DNA of 64,000 nucleotides from Vicinamibacteria bacterium (GCA_963796915.1 CAWCNI010000002.1:198126-262125); one strand, 5' to 3'; positions 49,180-60,077 are shown, numbered from the stretch's first letter. The notes: generated by a model from the letters alone, not told the origin. Made by a program: numbers and translations.

Positions 49180-49911
49180 GTGGCAAGGCCTGTGACCGAT
49201 GGCAGTGTGCGCCCCTACCGCGTGCTCGTTCTCCTGGGCCGCCCAGGGGCGGGCAAGGGGACGCAATGCCAGCGGCTGGCGGAGACGCTGGAGATTCCAC
49301 ATATCTCGACCGGCGACATTCTCCGCGACCACGTCCGGCTGCAGACCCACTGGGGCCGTCAGCTCAAGACGGCTCTGGATTCCGGCGCGCTCGTACCGGA
49401 TCATGCGGTGCTGTCCATGCTCGTCGAGCGCGTTGCATCCCCGGACTGCGCGGGCGGCTTCATCCTCGATGGCTATCCCAGAACCCGGGACCAGGCCGCG
49501 GTGCTCAGTGACGTGCTCGCGTCGGTCAACGCGGGCGTCGAGCTGCGGGCGATCCACCTCCGCGTCTCGGACGCCGCCGTGTTGAAACGGCTCGCGGGGC
49601 GGCAGGTCTGTCCCCTGTGTCATACCGTCTACGGCGCGACAGTGAAGGCGCCACGGTTGGCTGGCCGGTGCGACGTTGAGGGCGCGGCGCTCATCATTCG
49701 CAACGACGACAGGCCCGAGACCGCACAGGAGCGCCTGCGGATTTTCGGCGAGCAGATCGCCGCCATCATCGAGCACTACGCTGAGCGGTTGGCGATTCTT
49801 GACATCGACGGCGAGCGCTCTGTGGAGCTCGTCACGGCGGACATTCTCGATGCCATCGCCGCCCGGGGCGAGGACCTCCCTATGCCCGCACGGCCTCAAG
49901 TATCGCGTTGA
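49180..49911 (+). CDS. adk: adenylate kinase-family protein with Cys-x2-Cys...Cys-Asp zinc lid
   Basis: GTG 49180 preceded by GAGGAGG, inside ORF 49048..49911. P-loop GRPGAGKGTQ, ISTGDILR, ILDGYPRT, lid CPLCHTVY...GRCDVEG. Confidence 0.8.
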   Translation: MARPVTDGSVRPYRVLVLLGRPGAGKGTQCQRLAETLEIPHISTGDILRDHVRLQTHWGRQLKTALDSGALVPDHAVLSMLVERVASPDCAGGFILDGYPRTRDQAAVLSDVLASVNAGVELRAIHLRVSDAAVLKRLAGRQVCPLCHTVYGATVKAPRLAGRCDVEGAALIIRNDDRPETAQERLRIFGEQIAAIIEHYAERLAILDIDGERSVELVTADILDAIAARGEDLPMPARPQVSR

Positions 49912-50731
49912 GCGTGGATTGCGACCGGCTGAGAGGCAGGTTGCTCACGTAGAAGTGTCGCGCGCCGACGTCCATCATGGCGCGGATGGTCCGCGCCGCC
50001 ACGTCGACCGGCGTCGCGCCGGCTTCGAATTCCCGCGTCAGCGCGCCGGCGGGCACCGGAAGGAACTGGCTCAACGTGCTCAGCGTGCGCGCCGAGGCGC
50101 TTCGATAGTAGAAGACGCCAAACATGCCCGGCAGCTCGAGCCCCCTCTCGCGCGCGATCTCGATGAACTGCGCCACCGGGGCCACCGTGTGGTGCGACAC
50201 AATCTGCGTGAGGTAGAACTCGCCGCTGAACTCTGGTGCCTGGAGGAATTCGACCTGCCTGGCTGCGTCGCTGTTCGGGTTGGCCCAGCCGCCCAGCGTC
50301 AGCCGGCGCTCGCGATCCCGGATGGCCTGCCGCAGCTGCCAGGCGTGATCGAAGCAGCGCGGCGGCCCGACGTGCTTGTCGCCGCCCAGCACCACGAGCG
50401 ACTGGAAGTCCTGCTGCCACGCCCGCACGGCGTACGACAGGCAGTACTCGCGCGAGTGCTTCGACGTGAGGAACGGCACGACACGGGACCGAGGCACATC
50501 GCCGCCCAGGTTCGCGACGAGATGCCGCAGGTTGTCTTCTTCCTGCAGACCCACGGCGGAGTCCGTCAGGAACACGTAGACGCCCTGCCTGGTCAGGCTC
50601 CGCACCGCGTGATACGTGTCGATCCACGCGTCCATGCCTTCCGAGGTCGCGAGCTCGGCGCGCGGCGGGCGCAGCTCCGCCGCGATCACCGGCGAGGAAC
50701 CTCGCAGGGCTTCCGTCAGCGACGTCGTCAT
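49880..50731 (-). CDS. methylenetetrahydrofolate reductase-family protein
   Basis: 283-aa ORF with an overall MetF-like pattern (AAELRPP...FLTD...VVLGGD...GGWANP...YLTQIV...). Its 3' end overlaps adk convergently by 32 nt. Confidence 0.6.
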   Translation of the reverse strand: MTTSLTEALRGSSPVIAAELRPPRAELATSEGMDAWIDTYHAVRSLTRQGVYVFLTDSAVGLQEEDNLRHLVANLGGDVPRSRVVPFLTSKHSREYCLSYAVRAWQQDFQSLVVLGGDKHVGPPRCFDHAWQLRQAIRDRERRLTLGGWANPNSDAARQVEFLQAPEFSGEFYLTQIVSHHTVAPVAQFIEIARERGLELPGMFGVFYYRSASARTLSTLSQFLPVPAGALTREFEAGATPVDVAARTIRAMMDVGARHFYVSNLPLSRSQSTLNAILEAVRA

Positions 50732-50753
50732 CGAACGGCTTCTGGCATCGACG

Positions 50754-53006
50754 CTATTTCGTGCCCGACGCCGTTGACTCTGGCTTCAGCGTTCGCAGCG
50801 TGAACTCCAGCATCCGCTCGCGCATGTGTTTCACGAGCAGCGGATCCGCCACCCCGTGCCGCGACTTCGGGTAGAGCATCAGCTCGAAGGGCTTGTCGGC
50901 CTTTTCCAGCTCGTAGATGAACTGCAGCGTGTTGGCCATGTGCACGTTGTCGTCCATCGTGCCGTGGATCAGGAACAGCTGGCCGTGGAGATTGGCAGCC
51001 GCGTTCTTCGGCGCCGTCCGCTCGTAGCCGTCCGGATTGTTCTGCGGCAGCAGCATGTAACGCTCGGTGTAGACCGAGTCGTAGTTCCGCCAGTCGGTGA
51101 CGGTGCCGCCGGAGATGCCCATCGACCAGCTCGTGCTGTGCGTGAGCGCGTAGCTGGTCATGAACCCGCCGTAGCTCCAGCCATTCAGTCCAATGCGCGC
51201 GCTGTCGATCCACGGCTTCGACTTCAGGTAGCCGAGGCACTCTTCCAGATCGGCAAGCTCGGTCTCGCCCAGCCGCTTGTACGCGACCCACGCAGACTCG
51301 GCGCCCTTGCCGCTGGCCGATCGGTTGTCGCACACCCAGACGACGATGCCGTGCTGTGCGAGGAGCTGGTAGTACAGATAGTTGACGCCTCCCCAGCCGT
51401 TGCGCACCTGCGGAGCATGTGGTCCGGAGTAGGTGCTTTCGAACACGGGGTACTTGCGCGACGGATCGAAGTCCGGCGGCTTGATCAGCATCGCCTCGAG
51501 CGCGAAGCCGTCCTTCGTCGTCACCTGCAGGAACTCCGGCTGCGACAGCTTGTAGTCCTTCAGCGCCGGTACCACGCCCGCATCGATGACGCGGACGTCG
51601 GCGCCGTCGGACTTGTGCAGTGTCGTCCGTGTCGGCGTGGCGACGTCGCTCCACGTGCCGAGGTAGAGCGCGAACGACGGGTTGAAGCTCGCGGTGTTGG
51701 TGCCGGCAGTCTGCGATAGCCGCGCGAAGCCGGACCCGTCAACCTTCACGCGGTAGACGTCGGAGCCGATGCTGCTGCGCTCGGTGCCGGCGAAGTAGAC
51801 GAACCCGGTCGCGTCGTCCACGCCGTACACGGTGCGGACCTCCCATTTCCCGTCGGTGACCTGCTTGATCAGGCTGCCGTCGCCCTTGAAGTGGAACAGA
51901 TGCTGAAAACCCGTCCGCTCGCTGAGCCACAGGAAGGTGCCGTCCTTGAGCCACGTCGGCGAGCCGGTGTTGTTGACCCAGGCCTTGGTGGTCTCGCGGA
52001 ACAGCGTCGTCGTGGCTCCCGTCGCCACAGGGGCAAGGTTCAAGTCGAGCCATGTCTGTTCGCGATTCTGGACCTGGTATGCGACCTGCCGGCTGTCCGG
52101 CATCCAGCTGACGTCCACGATCAGATGATCGGCGCCCGCGTACTTCCCCGTGTCCACCCACTTCACCGGTGAGCCGCCCGGGTCCACGACGCCCAGTTTT
52201 ACGAGCGGGTTCGGATCGCCGGCACGTGGGTACTGCGTGTCCTCGAGGACCTGGCCGCCAGGCACGTGATCGACGACGGGGAAGATCGGCACGGGACGAT
52301 CGTCGAGCTGCAGGAAGGCGAGGTGTGCCGAGTCCGGGCTCCACCAGAACGCGCGCTCGGTGCCGCGGCCGAAGATCTCCTCTTCGTACACCCAATCGAG
52401 CTTGCCGTTGACGATCTTGGCGGCGCCGTCCGTCGTCAATGCGCGCTCGTGCCCTTCGAGGTCGGTGACACACAAGTTGCTGTCGCGCACGAAGGCGACG
52501 AGCCGGCCGTCGGGGCTGAAATCCAGCTGGCTCTTGCTGCCTGGCGACGTGGTGAGGCGCGTCGCGGTGTCACCGCCGACGTGCCAGTAATACAGATCGT
52601 CGCCGCTGGTCAGCACGACGCCCGAGTAGTCCTTGTTGAACGTGCCGCGGCTGCGCGACAGCTTCTGCGCGTCGGCTGCGGAGATGCCCTGGAGCTTCCC
52701 CAGCGCTGCCGCCAGCGTCGCCGGATCGTAGAGGGGAGTCTCAGCGCCGGTCTCGGCGTTCACACGCGTGGGGACGCCCATCGGCCTGCCGGCAGCGCCG
52801 CGGCCACCGCCGGCGCGGACGTATTCCTTGTCGTTCAGCCACACGATGCCGCCGCCGAAGCCGGGCGGGCCGAAGTTCACGCGCTTGACCGGATCGAAGA
52901 GGTCGTCGATCGTGAGCAGCTTCTGCTGCGCGCGTGCGGGCAGGGCGGTGAGCGAAACAAGGGCAACAATGGCGCTCAGGCGCCGCAGGATGCCGGAGCC
53001 GGTCAT
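50754..53006 (-). CDS. dipeptidyl-peptidase IV (S9B prolyl oligopeptidase family), exported
   Basis: Start moved to MTGSGILRR (cat 53004-06) behind GGAGGAG. DPPIV N-terminal beta-propeller pattern, catalytic GWSYGGFM, and C-terminal HGTMDDNVH. Confidence 0.9.
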   Translation of the reverse strand: MTGSGILRRLSAIVALVSLTALPARAQQKLLTIDDLFDPVKRVNFGPPGFGGGIVWLNDKEYVRAGGGRGAAGRPMGVPTRVNAETGAETPLYDPATLAAALGKLQGISAADAQKLSRSRGTFNKDYSGVVLTSGDDLYYWHVGGDTATRLTTSPGSKSQLDFSPDGRLVAFVRDSNLCVTDLEGHERALTTDGAAKIVNGKLDWVYEEEIFGRGTERAFWWSPDSAHLAFLQLDDRPVPIFPVVDHVPGGQVLEDTQYPRAGDPNPLVKLGVVDPGGSPVKWVDTGKYAGADHLIVDVSWMPDSRQVAYQVQNREQTWLDLNLAPVATGATTTLFRETTKAWVNNTGSPTWLKDGTFLWLSERTGFQHLFHFKGDGSLIKQVTDGKWEVRTVYGVDDATGFVYFAGTERSSIGSDVYRVKVDGSGFARLSQTAGTNTASFNPSFALYLGTWSDVATPTRTTLHKSDGADVRVIDAGVVPALKDYKLSQPEFLQVTTKDGFALEAMLIKPPDFDPSRKYPVFESTYSGPHAPQVRNGWGGVNYLYYQLLAQHGIVVWVCDNRSASGKGAESAWVAYKRLGETELADLEECLGYLKSKPWIDSARIGLNGWSYGGFMTSYALTHSTSWSMGISGGTVTDWRNYDSVYTERYMLLPQNNPDGYERTAPKNAAANLHGQLFLIHGTMDDNVHMANTLQFIYELEKADKPFELMLYPKSRHGVADPLLVKHMRERMLEFTLRTLKPESTASGTK

Positions 53007-53125
53007 GACACTCCTCCAGAGGATGGCGAGCAATCTAGTAAGCCAATCAGCTTATCAGGGAACCGGGGGCAGATGCCCGCCAGGCGCCCCGATATAATTG
53101 CGGTTTCGGATCAGGAGAGTCCCTC

Positions 53126-53674
53126 ATGTTGTGTTACAACGCCGAGCAGTTCGCCGCCAGTTTCAGGACCGTCCGCAAGAACACCATCCAGGTGGCGCAG
53201 GACATCCCCGAAGATCAGTACGGACACGTGCCGTTCGACGGCGGACGCAGTGTCGGCCAGATGCTCACGCATGTCGCGTTGTCGCCCACGCTGGTCTGGA
53301 TCGGGATGCACGGCGACAGGTCGACGGACGTGACGAAATTCGACTTTGCCTCGCTCGCGCAGCGCGCGCGTGCCGAGGAGGCGATGCCGCGGACCAAGGC
53401 GGAGATCATCGATTTGCTCACGTCGGAGGGCGAGCGGTTTGCCGAGTTCCTGTCCGGGATGTCCGACGCGGATCTGTCGGCGCCGGTGATGGGCAACAGC
53501 GTCGCCGGGCCAGCGCCGCGCAGCCGGTTCGAGATGCTGCTGAGCGCCAAGGAGCACGAGATGCACCACAGGGCGCAGTTGATGCTCATCGAGCGGCAGC
53601 TCGGCATCGTCCCGCACCTGACGCGGCAGATGATGGCGCGGATGGAGCAGATGAGGGCCAGAACCGGCGCTTAG
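53126..53674 (+). CDS. DinB-family (YfiT-like) metal-dependent protein
   Basis: 182-aa ORF. His triad context (MLTHVA..., HEMHHRAQL). AGGAG upstream. Confidence 0.85.
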   Translation: MLCYNAEQFAASFRTVRKNTIQVAQDIPEDQYGHVPFDGGRSVGQMLTHVALSPTLVWIGMHGDRSTDVTKFDFASLAQRARAEEAMPRTKAEIIDLLTSEGERFAEFLSGMSDADLSAPVMGNSVAGPAPRSRFEMLLSAKEHEMHHRAQLMLIERQLGIVPHLTRQMMARMEQMRARTGA

Positions 53675-53675
53675 G

Positions 53676-54281
53676 GTGGCTGCGACGCTGTTTCTCCTCT
53701 CGCCGGCCTACTGTGGCGGCAGGCGCGCGACCATGCTGGTGCGCGACGGCGCCGCGCATCCAACGGCCTTGCGGCTGGCCGCCGGGACGCTGACGCTCGG
53801 CGAAGCGTTCGCGTTCATGAGCGGGCTGTATTTCCGCGGCAAGCTTGCGTATGCGACGGCGTTTGGACGGGGCGCGGACGCGCCCGGTCTCGTCATCACA
53901 CCCACACGCGGCCTGCAGCGTCCGGATGTCATCCTGACCCGCGATCTCATCGAAGAGTTCGCGGGTCTCGACGTCGCCGACAACGAGCCGCGTTATCGCG
54001 ATCCCCTCCTCGCCGATGCGCGTGCGCTGGCGGCGCGGCTGCCCGAGCGGACGCGGGTCGTGCTCCTCGGCAGCGTCGCGACATCGAAGTATCTCGAGGT
54101 GCTCTCGGAAGCCTTCGCCGACCGCCTGTACTTTCCGAGCGACTTCGTCGGCCGTGGCGACATGAGCCGCGGCGCGCTGATGCTCCGCGCGGCGCAGCAG
54201 GGCGTCGAGCTCGACTATGCTGCGCTCGAGCCAAGCGTGGTCCGTCGTGGTCCGCGACCGCCGCGCCTCACGCGACCGTGA
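53676..54281 (+). CDS. conserved-looking hypothetical protein
   Basis: GTG 2 nt after the DinB stop. High GC3 throughout. No motif I can name. Confidence 0.6.
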   Translation: MAATLFLLSPAYCGGRRATMLVRDGAAHPTALRLAAGTLTLGEAFAFMSGLYFRGKLAYATAFGRGADAPGLVITPTRGLQRPDVILTRDLIEEFAGLDVADNEPRYRDPLLADARALAARLPERTRVVLLGSVATSKYLEVLSEAFADRLYFPSDFVGRGDMSRGALMLRAAQQGVELDYAALEPSVVRRGPRPPRLTRP

Positions 54282-54315
54282 GCGCTGTCGTCAATCGTCC
54301 AGGAGGAGTTGATCC

Positions 54316-55179
54316 ATGCGCCGTCTGATGTTCGGAGTGCTCGTGATGGCCGGGGCGTTGTCAGTCAGCCTGGCGGCGCAGGACGGCGTCCGGATTTCGC
54401 TCTGGCCAAATGGCGCGCCCGGGTCCGAAGCAAGGCGCGCGGAGCCCGAGCAGGCGCAGGACTACTGGGTCAAGAACATCCACGATCCCTCTATTGCCGT
54501 TTTCCTGCCGCCGGCGGACAAGGCCAATGGCACGGCCGTCGTCATCGCCCCGGGCGGCGGACATCGCCTGCTGGTCTACAAGGCGGAAGGCGTGGAGCCG
54601 GCGCAATACCTGGCGAGCCTCGGTGTCACGGCGTTCGCGTTGAAATATCGCCTTGCGCGCGAAGAAGGCTCGACATACTCGATCGAGCGGGACGCGCGGG
54701 CCGACGCGTATCGTGCGCTGCGGCTCGTGCGCAGCCGCGCGAAGGAGTGGCACCTCGATCCGGCGCGCATCGGCATGATGGGCTTTTCCGCCGGAGGCGA
54801 AGTGGTCAGCCTCGTCGCGTTCGGATCGGGTGACGGCGATCCGGCTGCGGCCGATCCAATCGATCGCGTGAACGGCCGTCCCGACTTCACGATCTCGATT
54901 TATCCAGGGCCGCTCGGCGTGCCCGACGCGATACCGAAAAGCGCGCCGCCGGCGTTTCTCGCCGCGGCATCCGACGATCCCTGCTGCGCAGTGCCCACCA
55001 TCGCGCTACTGCAGAAGTATCGCGACGCCGGCGTGCCGGTCGAGGCGCACATCCCCGCGAGCGGCGGCCATGGCTTCAACATGGGCCAGCGGTCGAAGCT
55101 GAAGTCGGTCAACACCTGGCCCGCGCGCCTGGCCGACTGGCTCAGTGACAGAGGGCTGCTGACAGCGGCCAGCAAGTAG
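54316..55179 (+). CDS. exported alpha/beta-hydrolase (esterase/lipase, GxSxG)
   Basis: AGGAGGAG upstream. Signal peptide. Nucleophile elbow GFSAGGE. C-terminal His context GGHGF. Confidence 0.85.
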   Translation: MRRLMFGVLVMAGALSVSLAAQDGVRISLWPNGAPGSEARRAEPEQAQDYWVKNIHDPSIAVFLPPADKANGTAVVIAPGGGHRLLVYKAEGVEPAQYLASLGVTAFALKYRLAREEGSTYSIERDARADAYRALRLVRSRAKEWHLDPARIGMMGFSAGGEVVSLVAFGSGDGDPAAADPIDRVNGRPDFTISIYPGPLGVPDAIPKSAPPAFLAAASDDPCCAVPTIALLQKYRDAGVPVEAHIPASGGHGFNMGQRSKLKSVNTWPARLADWLSDRGLLTAASK

Positions 55180-55255
55180 ATCTTCAAACGGCCGCTGCTG
55201 GCCGATTTGACCGCGTCCGCCAAGGCTGCGGCGCGTCCCTGCCCGGCCCCATAAA

Positions 55256-55296
55256 ATGCGACAGTTGACAATGCGACAGTAACTGTCGCATAGTGT
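55256..55296 (+). promoter_or_regulatory. MerR-type promoter/operator: -35 TTGACA, 21-bp palindrome in an 18-20-bp spacer, -10-like CATAGT/TAGTGT
   Basis: ATGCGACAG (55256-64), TTGACA (55265-70), ATGCGACAG-TAA-CTGTCGCAT (55271-91), then TAGTGT. The merR ATG is at 55301. Confidence 0.65.
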
Positions 55297-55300
55297 CGCC

Positions 55301-55729
55301 ATGCCCGAGCCGCGGTTCGCAGTTGGCGAACTGGCCGACCTGGGCGGCGTCTCGCGCCGCACGGTTCGTTATTACGTCCAGGAAGGTCTGCTGCCAGCCC
55401 CGTTCGGCATTGGCCGCGGCGACCACTACGGCCCGGCACATCTCGAGCGGATCCGGCAGGTCAAGGCGTTTCAGGAACAGGGCCTGTCGCTCGACGAGAT
55501 TCGCGTCCGGCTCGCCGCGCCTGGCGGCGATCGCCTTGCCGCGGCGGCCATGCGCGCCGACGCGCCGCCGTCCCCGCCGGCGGCCACTGTCTGGCGGCGT
55601 GTCCGCCTGACGCCCGGCGTCGAGCTCCACGTCTCCGGTGACGTGCGCCAGCCCGGACCTGATGCCCTTCGCGCGTTGTCGGAATGGTGCCGCCAGCACC
55701 TCGGTGTCGTCGGAACAGCAGAGGAGTGA
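55301..55729 (+). CDS. MerR-family transcriptional regulator
   Basis: N-terminal HTH FAVGELADLGGVSRRTVRYYVQEGLL and coiled-coil dimerisation helix (IRQVKAFQEQGLSLDEIR). Confidence 0.9.
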   Translation: MPEPRFAVGELADLGGVSRRTVRYYVQEGLLPAPFGIGRGDHYGPAHLERIRQVKAFQEQGLSLDEIRVRLAAPGGDRLAAAAMRADAPPSPPAATVWRRVRLTPGVELHVSGDVRQPGPDALRALSEWCRQHLGVVGTAEE

Positions 55730-55736
55730 AATCGAA

Positions 55737-58127
55737 ATGCCCCAGCCTCAGGTCGCGTCACACACCGGCCTCATCACGCCGGACTCCGCTCCGGTGCCCC
55801 TCATCGGCGTCGCCGTATCCGCCGACATCGAGGGCCTTGCCGCCCGCGTCACGGTGACGCAGCGCTACGTCAATCACGAGACGTCCGCCATCGAAGCCGT
55901 CTACCTGTTTCCGCTCGATGAGGGCGCCGCGGTCTGCGGCTTCGAAGCCCTGATCAACGGCGCGCACGTCGTCGGTCAGGTCATGCCTCGCGACAAGGCG
56001 TTCGAGACCTATGACGACGCCCTGCGGGCGGGGCACGGCGCCTACCTGCTGGACGAGGAACGCGCCGACGTGTTCCAGGCGAGCGTCGGCAATCTGCCGC
56101 CAGGCGCCGAAGCCGTTCTCCGCATCACGTATGTGACGGAGTTGGCCGTCTCGGACGGCACGCTTCGATTCGCTCTCCCGACGACGATCTCGCCACGCTA
56201 TGCGCCAGCGACCGATCGCGTTGGCATCGGTCAGTCGACGGCCGACACGCTCAACCCGCCGCGCGACTGGCAGGTCCCATACGGCCTCGACCTGTCGATC
56301 CGCGTGACGATGCCGGGAGCGATAACGGGGGTGGAGTCGCCGTCGCATCCGGTGTCGGTCGCGTTCGACGGCGGCAGCACCGTGGTGAGGCTGTCGCAGC
56401 CGCAGGCGCCGCTGGACCGCGACTTCGTCCTGTCGATCAGCGGCGGCGGCCTTGACGTCCCGCGTGCCTGGTCCGAGCGGACCAGTGGCGACGAGCAGGC
56501 AATCGCCATCGGCTTCGTCCCGACGCTGCCGGCCATCGCCTCGCCGGCGGAGATCGTGTTCGTGGTCGACAGATCGGGCTCGATGGGCGGCACGTCCATC
56601 GGCGAAGTCCGCGACGCGCTGCAACTCTGCCTCCGCTCGATGATTGCCGGCTGCCGATTCAACATCGTCGGCTTCGGCACCAGTGTCGAGTCGCTGTTCC
56701 CTGAAAGCCAGCCGTACAACGAGACCTCGCTCGCGGCGGCCAGCCGGCACGTCAGCGCGCTCGAGGCAAATCTTGGCGGCACTGAAATATTGGCGCCGCT
56801 GCAGCAGGTGCTGAGCGCCGCGCGCGGCGAACTTCGCCGGCAGGTGATTGTGCTCACCGACGGGCAGGTCACCAACACCGACGACGTTCTTGCGCTGGTG
56901 AAAGCCAACGCCGCGACCGCGCGCGTCTTTGCCCTGGGCATCGGCCACGGCGCCAGCCGCCACCTCGTCAACGGCATCGCTCGCGCCGGCGGCGGCACTG
57001 CGGAGTTCATCACGCCCGGCGAGCGCATCGAGCCGAAGGTGGTGGCGCTGTGCAGCCGCCTGCTCTCGCCGTCCTACACGGACGTACGCATCGACTGGGG
57101 CGGCCTCAACGTCGTGACCCCGCCCGACGGCCCGGGCCCGATGTTTGCCGGAACGCGAATGATCGCCTATGCGTTCGCGCGGGAGCCGAAGCCCGCCACA
57201 ATCCGCCTCAGCGCCACTGGCCCGAGCGGCCCGGTGACCTTCGACGTCGCGTTCGACCCGGCCGCGGCGACGGATGGCGCGACGGTGTCGACACTGGCGG
57301 CGCGTGCCAGGATCCGTGCACTCGAGGAGAGCCCGGACTGGCTGGCGTCGCGCGGATCGCAGCAGCGGCGTCCCCGGACCGACAGCACGGCGCGCGAGAT
57401 CGTCGATTTGGCCGTCAGGTACGGACTCGCGTCACGGGAGACGTCGTTTGTCGCCGTGGAGCAGCGCACGACCGGGGCGTCAAGCGAGCCGCTGACACTC
57501 CGCCGTGTGCCTATCGCGGTGACCCACGGGTGGGGCCAGCCTGCCCGCGCTGCCGGCGTGATGAGGATGGTGGGCGGCCCGCTCCCGCCGCCGCAGGCCA
57601 TGCCGGCCTCTCTGCAGGACACAGGCGCGATCGGCGCTGACGTGGCGTCTCTCGAGCAGGCCATGCCGATGGCGCGCCGGGTCGATGCCCGGGTAGACAC
57701 GTCCGCTCTCGGATCCGCCCTGCGCTGGGCCAGGTCGCGCATACCAGGCACTGCGAGCCCCAGGCCGCCGGTCGACGACGCGGCGAAGCGTCTCCGGCGC
57801 GCGATGATCGCGCTTGTCGAGTTGCAGCACGCTGACGGCTCGTGGGACCTCGACGACAGGCTGGCCCGCGCGATCGGGGCCCGCGATGTCCGCGCGCTCG
57901 AGTCAGGGATGGGCGCTCAACGGGGGGATCCGAATGCGCGCCGCGCCTGGGCGACGGCGCTGGCAATCGGCTGGCTCAGAGCACGAGCGGTGGACGTCAG
58001 CGACGAATGGCGGTTGATTGCCGACAAGGGCATCGGCTGGCTGACCGCCGTCGCGCCACCACTCGCGGGAGCGGGCGATTGGATGGAGCACGCGACGCGC
58101 TGGCACGAGGCCACACCGGTCCCGTGA
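55737..58127 (+). CDS. VIT (vault/inter-alpha-trypsin) plus von Willebrand factor A domain protein
   Basis: ATG 55737 behind AGGAG, 7 nt after the merR stop. VIT-like N-terminus (VTVTQRYVNHETSAIEAVYLFPLDEGAAVCGFEA). vWA MIDAS VVDRSGSMGG. No signal peptide seen. Confidence 0.85.
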   Translation: MPQPQVASHTGLITPDSAPVPLIGVAVSADIEGLAARVTVTQRYVNHETSAIEAVYLFPLDEGAAVCGFEALINGAHVVGQVMPRDKAFETYDDALRAGHGAYLLDEERADVFQASVGNLPPGAEAVLRITYVTELAVSDGTLRFALPTTISPRYAPATDRVGIGQSTADTLNPPRDWQVPYGLDLSIRVTMPGAITGVESPSHPVSVAFDGGSTVVRLSQPQAPLDRDFVLSISGGGLDVPRAWSERTSGDEQAIAIGFVPTLPAIASPAEIVFVVDRSGSMGGTSIGEVRDALQLCLRSMIAGCRFNIVGFGTSVESLFPESQPYNETSLAAASRHVSALEANLGGTEILAPLQQVLSAARGELRRQVIVLTDGQVTNTDDVLALVKANAATARVFALGIGHGASRHLVNGIARAGGGTAEFITPGERIEPKVVALCSRLLSPSYTDVRIDWGGLNVVTPPDGPGPMFAGTRMIAYAFAREPKPATIRLSATGPSGPVTFDVAFDPAAATDGATVSTLAARARIRALEESPDWLASRGSQQRRPRTDSTAREIVDLAVRYGLASRETSFVAVEQRTTGASSEPLTLRRVPIAVTHGWGQPARAAGVMRMVGGPLPPPQAMPASLQDTGAIGADVASLEQAMPMARRVDARVDTSALGSALRWARSRIPGTASPRPPVDDAAKRLRRAMIALVELQHADGSWDLDDRLARAIGARDVRALESGMGAQRGDPNARRAWATALAIGWLRARAVDVSDEWRLIADKGIGWLTAVAPPLAGAGDWMEHATRWHEATPVP

Positions 58128-58149
58128 CGCGCGCGTCGCGTTCAGGCTG

Positions 58150-58512
58150 CTACCACTCGCAGCCGTAGACCTGCATCGACGTCTTGGCGGCTGTCAGCGC
58201 CTGCGTGCACATCGTCGCCAGGCTCTGACGGCCTTCGGGGGTCGACGCCGCGGCCTTCCACGCGGCCTTCGACTGGTCGAGGGCCTGCGCCATGGCCGCA
58301 CGCGACGCCTCGGGCGCCTTCGCGCTGACGCACGCGCTGTACTTCGCGATGTAGTCGTCGCACTCCTTCACGCCGAACTCCGGCGTCCCGGAGGTGCTTG
58401 CCGCAGCGGACGTCGCCGCTGCGGCGGGGGCGGCGGTCTTGCTCGTGCCGCCGCCGCACGCCGCCGCGCAAAGAATCATCAGACAGGGCAGGGCCAGGAA
58501 TCGAGAGGACAT
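58150..58512 (-). CDS. small Cys-containing lipoprotein, hypothetical
   Basis: Start moved to MSSRFLALPCLMILCAAAC (lipobox-like AAAC). Four further Cys. Ala-rich. Confidence 0.65.
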   Translation of the reverse strand: MSSRFLALPCLMILCAAACGGGTSKTAAPAAAATSAAASTSGTPEFGVKECDDYIAKYSACVSAKAPEASRAAMAQALDQSKAAWKAAASTPEGRQSLATMCTQALTAAKTSMQVYGCEW

Positions 58513-58533
58513 CGTCGTTCCACTCCTTTGGCA

Positions 58534-58559
58534 GGCCGATTTGACGATCGGCCCTACAG
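58534..58559. repeat. third copy of the REP-type hairpin
   Basis: GGCCGATTTGACGATCGGCCCTACAG. Compare GGCCGATCTAAAGATCGGCCCTACCG at 13612. Confidence 0.7.
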
Positions 58560-58697
58560 GTTCCATGGGCCATCAGGCCCGGAACGCGCGGCATGGTAGC
58601 ACGCGGCTCCTGTCACCCCGGACTGTCGGTTGGGCACTCGAACCGACGTCTCGCGTCGACCGGCGGGACCTCCGCCGCGGCACACTATAGTTAGTGG

Positions 58698-60077
<1,380 letters not shown>

